Positions 1-11,000 of a DNA stretch of 64,000 nt are shown piece after piece (position 1 is the first letter of the stretch; every line of letters starts with the position of its first letter). The stretch spans positions 62,001 to 126,000 of the forward strand of contig JASTWF010000355.1 in the NCBI GenBank assembly GCA_030390025.1, read 5' to 3'. Source of the DNA: Squalus acanthias. Lineage: Eukaryota. The translations under genes were made by a program, and so were the position numbers. The notes under the pieces are model-generated. The model did not search any database and was not told where the DNA came from. It saw only the letters and a list, made by a program, of their open reading frames with translations.

Positions 1-3000
1 GGAACATTCTCCCCGCATCCACCCGATCCAAACCCTTCACAATCTTATATATTTCAATAAGATCGCCGCTCATTCTTCTGAACTCCAATGAGTAGAGTCC
101 CAATCTCCCCATCCTCTCCTCATATGTCCATCCCCTCAAACCAGGATTAACCGAGTGAACCTTCTTTGTACTGACTTAAGAGCAAGTATTAATTTTCTTA
201 AGTATGGACACCAAAACTGTATGCAGTATTCCAGGTGCGGTCTCACCAATACCCTGTACATCTGAAGCAATACCTCCCTATTTTTATATTCTATCCCCCT
301 AGCAATGAAAGCCAACATTCCATTGGCCTTCTTAATCACTTGCTGCACCTGCATACTAACCTTTTGAGTTTCGTGCACCAGAACCCCAGCTCCCTTTTAA
401 CTTCAGTACTTTACAGTTACTTGCCATTAAGATAATAACTTGCTCTACTATTTTTGCTGCCAAAGTGCATGACCACACACTTTCCAGTATTGTATTCCAT
501 CTGCCAAATATCTGCCCACTTACTTAGCCTGTCTCTGTCCCCTTGCAGATTTTTTATGTCCTCCTCACTCACTACTTTCCCTCCCATCTTAGTATCATCT
601 GCAAACTTTGATATGTTACACTCGGTCCCCTCCTCCAAACCGTTAATATAGATTGTAAAGAGTTGGGGACCCAGCCCTGACATCTGCGGAACATCACTAG
701 TTACTGATTGCCAGTCTGATTATGAACCATTTATCCCAACTCTCTGCCTTCTGTTAGATAGCGAATCCTCTATCCATGCCTGAATATTACCCCCAATCCC
801 GTGATTTTTTATCTTAAGCAATAATATTTTGTGTGGCACCTTGTCAAATGCCTTTTGGAAGTCTAAATACACCACATCCACTGGTTACCCTTTATCCACC
901 CTGTATGTTACTTCCTCAAAGAACTCCAGCAAATTTGTCAAACAAGACTTCCCTTCATAAAACCATGCTGACTTTGTCCTATTAAATTATGATTATCCAA
1001 ATGTCCCGTTACTCTCTCCTGAATAACGGACTCCAAACTTTTACCTACCACAGATGTTAGGCTAACCGGTCTATAGTTTCCAGCTTTTTGTCCACTGCCC
1101 TTTTTAAATAAGGTTTTTAGATTAGCAGTTTTCCAGTCTGCCGGGATCTTTGCTGAGTCCAGGGAGTTTTGCAAAATTATTACCAATGCATCCACAATCC
1201 CTACCGCCACTTCCCTCAAGGCCCTCGGATGTAAGCCATCAGGTCCAGGTGATTTATCTGACTTGAGTCCCACTATTTAACCGAGTACCACTTCCTTAGT
1301 GATTTTGATCGTGTTTATCTCCTCCCCCCCTATAGCCCCCTGTTTTTCCAGTGTTGGGATATTCTTAGGGTCTTCTACTGTAAAGACTGATACAAAATAT
1401 TCATTCAGTGTATTTGCCATCTCCATATTTCCCACCATTAATTTCCCGGTCTCACCCTCTAAGGGACCAACATTTACTTTAGCCACCCTTTCTCTTTTTA
1501 TATAACTGTAAAAACTCTTACTATCTGTGTTTATATTTTTTGCTGATTTACTTTCATAATCTATCATCCCTTTCTTTATCAATCTTTTTTGTTATTTTTT
1601 GCTGTCTTTTAAAGTTTTCCAAATCCTCTATCCTCCCACTAGATTTGGCTACCTTATAAGCCCTTGTTTTGAGTCGAATACTATCCTTAATTTCTTTACT
1701 TCGCCACGGATGACTGTCTTTTCTTTTACACCCTTTTCTTCTCAGTGGAATATTTTTTTTTGGAAGTTGTAAAATAACTCCTTAAATGTACACCACTGAT
1801 CATGAATCGTATTTCCCTTTAATCTATTTTCCCAAACCACTCTTCTCAATTCCGCTCGCATACCTTCATAGTCTCCTTTATTCAAGCTTAGCACGCTTGT
1901 TTGAGATCCAACCTTCTCACCCTCTAATTGAATATGGAATTTAACCATGTTATGGTCACTGATTCCAAGGGGATCCTTTACTAGGACATTTTTAATTAAT
2001 CCTGTCTCCTTACACAGGACCAGATCTAAGGTTGCTTGCCCCCTAGTCGGTTCAGTTACATACAGCTCAAGAAACCAATCCCTAACACACTCAATTAACT
2101 CATCCTCAAGGCAGCCTTGCCCAATTTGATTTGTCGAATGAATATGATAGTTAAAATCCCCCATAATTGTAGATGTTCCCTTATTACAAGCCTCAACTAT
2201 TTCCTGATTGATACTCCGTCCAACAGAGTTGCAACTATTCGGAGGCCCATAGATTACACCCAATAGTGTTTTTGCCCCTTATTTTTCCTTATCTCCACCC
2301 AAACTGTTTCATTATCCTGGTCTTTTGACCCAATATTATTTCTCTGTATTACAGTGATTCCTTCCTTTATTAACATAGCCACCCCACCTCCCCTTCCTTC
2401 CTGCCTTTCTTCTTGATCGTTAAATAACCTGGTATGTTTAATTCCCAGGCATTGTCACCCTGCAACCATGTTTCTGTAATGGCCACAAGATCATACCCAT
2501 ATGTAGTTATTTGTGCCATTAACTCGTCTATTATGTTACGAATGCCACGTGCATTCAGATAGAGAACTTTCAAATATGTTTTGTGACACTTAGTTCCTGC
2601 TTTTGCCCTTTTTATTAATTTACCTTTTGATCCATACCTTCTGCCCCTTCCTGACACACTCTGGTTTTTAATTTCCCCACTGCTACACAAGTGTATGACC
2701 TTCTCTGTTGTCATTTTTACTATTTGCTCTCTAGGAACTTCCCCCCCCCCCCCCCCCACTAGTTAGCTTAAAGCCCTCTCTACAGCCCTAGTTATATGAT
2801 TCGCCAGGACTCTCGTCCCAGCACTGGCCAGATGAAGCCCGTCCCAACGGAACAGCTCCCTCCTGCCCCAGTACTGGTGCCAGTGTGCCAGGAAGTAAAA
2901 CCCATTTCTCCCACACCAGTCTTTGAGCCAGTCATTTAACCCTCTAATTTTATTTGTCCTAGCCAAATTAGCTCGTGGCTCAGGTAATAATCCAGAGATT

Positions 3001-4400
3001 ATTACCCTTGAGGTAATGTTTTTTTTTAATTTGACCCCTAGCTGCTCATACTCCTTTAACAGAACCGGCTTCCTTGTCCTATCTACGTCGTTTGTACCAA
3101 AATGGACCACGGCAACTGGATCCACCCCCTCCCACTGCAAATGTCTTTCCAGCCCAGAGGAGATGTCCTTAACCCTGGCACCGGGCAGGCAACACAGCCT
3201 ACGGTACTCTCGCTCTCGGCTGCAGAGATCTCTATCTATCCCCCTAATAATACTATCCCCTAACACTACAACACTTCCATTTACTCCCCCCTCTTGAATG
3301 GCCCCTGTTCCACGGTGCTGCGACCAGGTTGCTCATCCTCCACCCAGTCCCTGCTCCTGTCCCCACAGGGAGTAAGAACCTCGAACCTATTGGACAAGAG
3401 CAAGGACTGCGGCTTCTCCAACACTACCTCATGGATCCCCGTACCTGCCTCACTCGTAGTCACACCGTCCTGTCCCTGACCATGGGCTACATCTGAATTA
3501 ATTAACTTCATAGTTGTGACCACCTCCTGAAACACAGAGTCCAGGTACTTCTGCCCCTCCCTGATGTGTCGCAGTGTCTTAAGCTCAGACTCCATCTCAT
3601 CAATACGGAGCTGGAGTTCCTGTTGCAGCAGACACTTGTCACAGATGTAATCACCGTGAGCCTCAATGGGGTCCACCGGCTCCCACATCTCACAACAGTA
3701 ACACATCACCTGCTCCATTCTGCCCGATTATAGATGCTAGCATCCCCTTTAATTAATTTGATTTAAATTAAATCAATCCCTCTAAATTACGCCAGTTAAA
3801 TGGTTTAAAACAGTCACTCTGCACCAGAAAGGCCTTATTAACTGCAACCCATAGATTTAAAGTTTGAAAAGAGCACCCTACACCCCACTCACCCGAACTC
3901 ACACTTACCCATACTCACTGCACTCTCTGCTGACTCGCACTCAGTGCTTGCTCTCACTAGCACTGGTCTTTTTATACTGTTTGTTTATTTACAGACAAAT
4001 GGGTCTCCCCTGCTGATTGGTTAGAAAACTGGTTTCCACTGCCTGCTGTGCCAATTTACTCCTACTGCAGTGTAACCTTGTTTTACTCTTCTTAAACCAG
4101 CAGCATCCCAAATATTTAACTTTTCCCCTTCACTTAAACTGCTTAAGTACTCTTATCAAGAATGATTTAAAGAGAACTAACAATTAAAAACTCTCACACT
4201 TACCCAAACTCACAGCACCCTCTGCTGACTTGCACTCAGAATTAAATTCAAGCCTTTAAAAAAAATCACCCTCTACTCACCATTGTTTTTCTTTGCCGGG
4301 CCTCTGCTTGTCCTGAGGTCACTTACCTCGCTCCCTTGCACTCCCTCCCGGCTCCGGGTTCTCTGGCCTACCTTTATCTCCGTCCGCTCCTCTCGCTCTA
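1..4400 (-). mobile_element. Near full-length degenerate CR1 LINE (5' UTR, ORF1, ORF2); 3' end runs off the window
   Basis: ORF1 pieces: 3281-3718 (CxxC..CxxC finger plus coiled coil) and 2763-3266 (GDS SGNH esterase). ORF2 pieces: APE endonuclease (YLNARGI, ITETWL, MGDFN, SDHN) and RT (KSPGPDG, NYRPVSLTS, FADDTK, LVRPHLEY). Multiple stops and frameshifts. The 5' boundary is approximate. Confidence 0.93.
2763..3718 (-). pseudogene. CR1 ORF1 (zinc finger, coiled coil, SGNH esterase), frameshifted
   Basis: Two ORFs in different frames. Motifs CYCCEMW..CDKC, LGDSIIRG, VHFGTND and DGLHL are typical of vertebrate CR1 ORF1. Confidence 0.9.
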
Positions 4401-4629
4401 CCCTCCTTCCCCCTCTGCTCCTAATTCCTACTATTTCCAAATTCACACTCTTAGCACACTCTTTGGAACCACTCCTTTTAGGATCCCTCTGTGCAGATCA
4501 CTGAAAAAAATGGATTTCCCCAATCTTGTTCTCTGATTTATTCCATACCAGGCCATCACGATAAAAAAGCAATAAATAAATGGTCCTAAAAGGCAGGATA
4601 TTTGTAATGTTCCCAGTGATGGAACTATG

Positions 4630-5345
4630 AAACTCGCATACATGGCATTGCTCCCACCTCAATCCAGGAATTTCATTCCCAGGGTCGCCTAGTTTACACT
4701 GTCCCCGCCTCAATCCAGCAATTTAATTCCCAGGACCGCGTTAATGGGACTGCTCCCGCCTCAGTCCAGGAAAGTAATGCCCAGGGAAGCCTGCATTAAA
4801 CTGCTCCCATCTAAGTTCAGGAATTTTATACCCATGGCAGCCTAGATTACACCGCTCCCGCCTCAGTTCAGATATTGAATTCCCACTGTCACCTAGATTA
4901 CACTGCTCCACCTCAATCCAGGAACTTCATTACCAGGGTCACCTGGATTACACTGCTCCGCCTCAATCCTGGAACTTCATTACCAGGGTCACATAGGTTA
5001 CACTGCTTCCGCTTCAATCCAGGAACTTCATTCTCAGGGTCACCTAGGTTACACTGCTTCCGCTTCAATACAGGAACTTCATTCCCAGGGTCACCTCGAT
5101 TACACTGCTCCGCCTCAATCCTGGAACTTCATTCCCAGGGTCACCTAGGTTACACCGCTCCCGCCTCAATCCTGGAATTTCATTCTCAGGTTCACCTAGA
5201 TTACACCACTCCCGCCTCAATCGAGGAATTTCAATTCCAGGGCAATGTAGATTTCACTGCTCCCGCCTGAGTCCAGGAATTTAATTCCCAGGGCTGCTTA
5301 GATTAAATGTATTCCCACCTCAGTTCAGGAATTTAATTCCCAGTC
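4630..5345. repeat. Minisatellite, ~50-51 bp unit, ~14 copies
   Basis: GGGTCACCTAGATTACACTGCTCCCGCCTCAATCCAGGAACTTCATTCCCA recurs at about 4936, 4986, 5037, 5088, 5138 and onward. Confidence 0.92.
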
Positions 5346-5719
5346 CATTTTTCTATTGCTTAAACTAGAACAAGAACAAGAACAACATGTATGTAAAAAG
5401 TGAACTTACCCAGACATACAGGACATGGTGTGTTACCGAGGCGAAGAATAATTAAAAGGAGCATAGGGTTGATACTAAGGAATCAAACGAAAACGTTTAA
5501 AATATTAACCAATGAGATAAATAGCCTGTAAGCACTTAGATACTCAATGAAACGCTCTGGAAACATTGAATTCCCGCATAGTCATACACATAGAATCTTA
5601 ACTATCAGTCAACATTCCCGACTCCTCCATCACCATCTCAAGGTCTGCACAGAACAACCAGAGGTGGGGGCACAGGGGTATACCGTCGGTACGGACAAAA
5701 TAATGACAAAAATACTGGC

Positions 5720-6190
5720 ATTTATATACCTTCTTTCAAGGCCACCGGACGTCTCAAAGCGCTTTACAACAAAATGAAGTACTTTTGAAGTGTAGCCACT
5801 GTTGTTTTGTCGGAAACACGGCAGCCAATTTGCGCACAGCAAGCTCCAACAAACTGCAATGTCATAATGACCAGGTAATCTGCTTTAGTGATGTTGATTT
5901 AGATACATATTGGCCAGAACACCGGGGTTAACTCTGCTGCTCTTCTTCAATATAGTTCCATGGGATCTTTTATCTGCACCTTCTAGAACAGATGGGTCCT
6001 CCGTCTAATGTCTCATCTGAAATACAGCCCCTCCGACAGTGCAGCTCTCCCTCACGACTGCCACTCTGTCAGTGCAGCAATCCCTCAGTGCTGCACTGCT
6101 GTGTTAGCCTTGATTTTTTACTCAAGTCGCTGGAGTGGGACTTGAACCCACAACCTTCTAACTCAGAGCCGAGACTGCTACGACCCTGGC
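5720..6190 (-). mobile_element. tRNA-derived SINE resembling the Deu-domain (SacSINE1/AmnSINE1) family
   Basis: The minus strand has B box GGGTTCAAGTCCC at ~6137-6150. The body (GCAGCCAATTTGCGCACAGCAAG, ATAATGACCAG, CATGGGATCTTTTA, GACAGTGCAGC..CCCTCAG) resembles the Deu-SINE consensus as I recall it. Not searched. Confidence 0.7.
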
Positions 6191-6394
6191 CTACTGAATC
6201 TGCTTCCACCAGACTTTCAGAGTTAATCCCAGATCATAGAAACTCACTGTGTGACCAAAGTTCTTCTCATCTGCTCCCTGTATCTTTTACCAATTATCTT
6301 GTATCTGTGCCCTTTTGGTAATGACAAGGCAAGTACTGCAAACAGTTTCTCCTTTCTTAGTGTATCAAAACCCCTCATATTCAATCTCCCCCTA

Positions 6395-7165
6395 AAGCCT
6401 GTGTGACTGGTCCTGTCTCTTTATAAAGTCTGTGTGACTGGTCCTGTCGCTTTATAAAGCCTGTGTGACTGGTCCTGTCTCTTTATAAAGCCTCGTGACT
6501 GGTCCTCTCTCTTTATAAAGCCTGTGTGACTGGTCCTGTCTCTTTATAAAGCCTGTGTAACTGGTCCTGTCTCTTTATGTTGCCTGTGTGACTGGTCCTG
6601 TTTCTTTATAAAGCCTGTGTGACTGGTCCTGTCTCTTTATATTGCCTGTGTGACTGGTCCTGTCTCTTTATAAAGCCTGTGTGACTGGTCCGGTCTCTTT
6701 ATAAAGCCTGTGTGACTGGTCCTGCCACTTTAAAACGCCTGTGTGAATGGCTCTGTCTCTTTAAAACGCCTGTGTGCCTGGTTCTGTCATTTTAAAAAAG
6801 CCTGTTTGACTGGTCCTCTCTCTTTATAAATTCCTGTGTGACTGGTCCTGTCTCTTTATAAAGCATGTGTGACTGGTCCTGTCTCTTTATATTGCCTGTG
6901 TGACTGGTCCTGTCTCTTTATAAAGCCTGTGTGACTGGTCCGGTCTCTTTATAAAGCCTGTGTGACTGGTCCTGCCACTTTAAAACGCCTGTGTGAATGG
7001 CTCTGTCTCTTTAAAACGCCTGTGTGCCTGGTTCTGTCATTTTAAAAAAGCCTGTTTGACTGGTCCTGTCTCTTTAAAAAGCCTGTGTGACTAGTTCTGT
7101 CCCTTTAAATAATCTGTGAGCCTGTTTTTGTCTCTTTACAAAGCCTGTGTGAATGTTTCTGTGTC
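6395..7165. repeat. Minisatellite, 31 bp unit, ~25 copies
   Basis: Tandem CTTTATAAAGCCTGTGTGACTGGTCCTGTCT; TTATAAAG falls at 6421, 6452, 6483. An internal block of ~250 bp is duplicated. Confidence 0.95.
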
Positions 7166-7405
7166 ACTGGTTGTGGCTCCGCCCTCTTGTTTAGGTGTTC
7201 ATTGCATGTTATAAAATTAACACCTTGGGCTCACTCGATGAACCGGAATGGATTTTGTTTTTTTTAACAGGGGACCATTGATTTTGGATCCACAGGGGTG
7301 TTGATGATGCAGGATTACTGAGACGTCTTCTATGACACAGAAGTGGTTTCACAGAGTTATGGACAAAACTTTGCTGGAAAAGTAGTGTTAAGAATTGAAG
7401 CCCTT

Positions 7406-7520
7406 GGCTTAGAAATCCGTCATTGACTGCAGTGTAGCTGAATATCAGTGGCTGCGTTTAACGGGCGCCCGCTCCGATGCCGCCCGTTTAGCGCAATCGC
7501 CCATGACGAATTTCTCGGCT
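7406..7520. mobile_element. Small MITE-like element (PIF/Harbinger-like)
   Basis: Imperfect 18-bp TIRs (GGCTTAGAAATCCGTCAT / ATGACGAATTTCTCGGCT, 14/18 match), CTT on both flanks, CpG-rich interior. Confidence 0.5.
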
Positions 7521-7699
7521 CTTGCCTGCAGACATCGGCAGATATCAAATGTCACAGCGTGCTGATGAATTGGACTAAGACTTTGCCTCTCAAAGGCTCG
7601 GCTTGAAGCCATTCAGAGTCGTTTGTTATCTTCCGAGAGAGATTGTTCCAGGGGTGGGGCGATATAAGAGTTAAATCTAAAATTAATTACTGGCATTTC

Positions 7700-7830
7700 T
7701 GTCTCATCCAAACCTCTGCTGTCCGTGTCCTAACTCGCACCCAAGTCCCGTTCACCAATCACCCGTGTGCTCGCTGACCTACACTGGCTCCCGATCCGGC
7801 AATGCCTTGGTTTTAAAATTCTCATCCTCG
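7700..7830 (+). mobile_element. L2 LINE fragment
   Basis: Similar to the L2 copy at ~43500-43625 (GTGCTCGCTGA...CCGGCAATGCCT...TTTTAAAAT). Confidence 0.65.
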
Positions 7831-8099
7831 TGTTTAGCCCCAACTAAATGCCAAGTGCAAAGTAAAGGATTTGCATCCCGAAAATGCCAAACGTTAGTTT
7901 GTTTATGTTTAATATTTTGCGTAAGTGCTCCCCCCTCCGCCCCCCAACACCCCCAGGGCAGCAGGTGGATTCCTACAATGTGCATCAATGAACGAGGTAC
8001 AGGTTAGGGGCATAATTCGGCTCGGACTGTACCACAATGCACCACCTCCTCTAATTTCCCTCTTCATGTCACACACCATCCAGACTGAACCTGGTCAAT

Positions 8100-11000
8100 T
8101 TCGGTACATGTTGCTGACCCTGGGCATTCCGGGTAAAGTGGCACACAACCTGGACATTATAGGTGTATGTCACTGACCCTAGTAATTGTGGGTACAGGGT
8201 CACTGACCCTGGGCAATGCGGGTACAGGGTCTATGAGTCTGGGCATTAAAGATACAGAGTCACTGACCCTGTGCATTGTGGGTGCAGATAAATTGATCCT
8301 CGGCATTGTGGGTGCAGGATCACTGACACTGGGCATTGTGTGTACAGAGACACTGAATCTCGGCATTTTGGATATAGAGTCACTGACCCTGGGTATTGTG
8401 GGTACATTGTCACTGTACCTGGGCATTGTGGCTACATGTTACTGACCCTGTAAATCTGGATACAATGTTACTGACCCTGGGCATTGTGTGTACAGAGACA
8501 CTGAACCTCTGCATGTTGGATATAGAGTCACTGACCCTGGGCATTGTGGGTACATTGACACTGTACCTGGGCATTGTGGATTCATGTTACTGACCCTGTA
8601 AATCTGGATACAATGTTACTGAACCTGGGCATTGTGGTACAGAGGCACTGACCCTGGGCATTGTGGGTGCAGTTTTACTGACCCTGGGCATTGTGGTTGC
8701 AGGAGCACTGACCATGGGCATTGTGGGTACAGGGTCAGTAACACTGGGCATTCTGGATACAAGGCCACTGACCTTGGGCAATTTGGGTACCATGTTACGG
8801 AAACTGGGTGCTGCCAGTAAAGGTCACTGACCCTGTGCATTGTGGGTACATGTCACGGACCCTGGGCAGTTTAGGTAACATGTTACTGAACCTGGGCATT
8901 GTCTGTATAAGGTAACTGACCCTGGGCATTGTTGGTACGAGTTCACTGCCCCCGGGCTTTGTGGGTACAGGGTCACTGACGCTGCGCATTGTGGGTACAT
9001 GTCACTGACCCTGGGCAGTTTGGGTAACATGTTACTGAACCTGGGCATTGTATGTACAAGGTAACTGACCCTGGTATTTGTTGGTACGTGGTCACTGCCC
9101 CGGGCTTTGTGGGTACAGGGTCACTGACGCTGTGCATTGTGGGTAAAAGGACACTGACGCTGGGCATTGTGGGTAGATAGCACTGAAACTGGGCGTTGTG
9201 CGTACTCGTTACTGAACCTAGGCATTGTCGGTGAAGGCTCTCTGACGCTGGGCATTGCGGGTAAAGAGTCACTGATCCCTGGAATTGAGGGTACATGTTA
9301 CTGATTCTGGTTATTGTCGATGAAGGCTCACTGATGCTGGGCATTATGGGCATAGGGTCACTTACACCAAGCATTCTGGGTACGTGTTCATTTACCCTGG
9401 GTGCTGCGGGTAACGGTCAGTGACCCTGTGCATTATGGGTACATGTTACAGACCCTGGGCATTGCGGTGAAAGGGGCACACACCCGGGACATTGTGGGAA
9501 ATGTTCAGTGAACCGTGGCATTGTGGGTGCACGATCTCTGATCCTGGGCATTTCGCGTCCAGGATCACTGACCCTTGGCATTGTGGGTACAGAGTCACTG
9601 ACCCTGCGCAGTGTGGTTGCAGGAGCAATGACCATGGGAATTGTGAGTACAGGTTCTCTGATTGTGGGAATATTGGGTACGAGGTCATTGACCCCGGGCT
9701 TTTTGGTTACATTGTCACTGACCTGGACATTGTGGGTACCATGTTACTGACCCTGGGTGCTCAATGTAAAGGTCACTGACATTGTGCATAGTAGTACATG
9801 TCACTGAACCTAGGCAATTTGGGTATCATGTTACTGAATCTGGGCATTGTGGGTACAGGGTCTCTGACCCCTTATATTATGGGTGCATGATTACTGACCC
9901 TGGGCATTGTGGGTTCAGTATCTCTGATCCCGGATACTGTGGGTACAGTGTCATTGACAACAAGCATTGTGTGTATGGGTTCACTGACCCTTGGCATTGT
10001 GGGTAAATAATCTCTAACCCTGGGCATTGACGGTTAATGTCACTGAACCTGGGAAATTTGGGTACATGTTGCTGACCCTGGGCATTGCGGGTAAAGGGGC
10101 ACACAACCTGGACATTATGGAATCATGTCACTGACCCTTGACAATTTGGGTACAGATCACCTACCCTGGGCATTGTGGGAAAAGGTCAGTGACCCTGGAC
10201 ATGGTGGATACAGGGTCAGTGACACTGGGCATTTTGGGTGCAGGATCAATTAATCTAGGAATTGAGGATACAGGGTCCCTGAGCCTGGGCATTGTGGTTA
10301 CAGGGTCAATGACCCTGGGCACTGTGGGTACGAGGTCAATGCCCCCCGGCTTTTTGGTAACATTTTCACTGACCCTGGGCATTGTGGGTACAAGACCACT
10401 GACCCTGGGCTATTTGGGTACCATGTTACTGATCCAGGGTGCTGCGAGTGATCATCACTGATCCTGTGCATAGTGGGTACATGTCACCCTCCCTGGGCAA
10501 TTTGGGTGCCATGTTACTGAACCTGGGCATTGTGGGTACAAGGTAACTGACCCTGGGCATTGTGGGTAGGGGCACAGACCCCGGGCTTTGTGCTACATGT
10601 AACTGACCCTGGGCATTGTGTGTAGCGGTTCACTGACACGAGGCATTGTTGGTATGAGGTCACTGCCCCCGGGCTTTGTGGATACAGGGTCACTGACGCT
10701 GCGCATTGTGGGTAAAAGGACACTGACACTGGGCATTGTGGGTACATAGCATTGACCCTGGGCGTTGTTCGCACATGTTACTGAACCTGGGCATTGTCGG
10801 TGAAGGCTCTCTGACGCTGGGCATTGTGGGTAAAGTGTCACTGACCCCTGGAATTGTGGCTTCACGGTGATTGAACCTTAGCATTGTGGGTACAGGGTCA
10901 CTGACCCTGGGCATTGTGGGTACAAGGCCACTGATCATGGTTATTGTGGGTAAAGATTCACTGACCCCTGGAATTGTGGGTTCACGGTGATTGAACCTTA

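Noticed and set aside
2740..2757. C18 homopolymer as a special signal
   Set aside because: It lies at the CR1 ORF1/ORF2 junction, where a G-run is common; simple slippage expansion explains it.
6395..7165. 31-bp repeats resembling a CRISPR array
   Set aside because: Head-to-tail repeats with no unique spacers, no cas genes, and a eukaryotic context.
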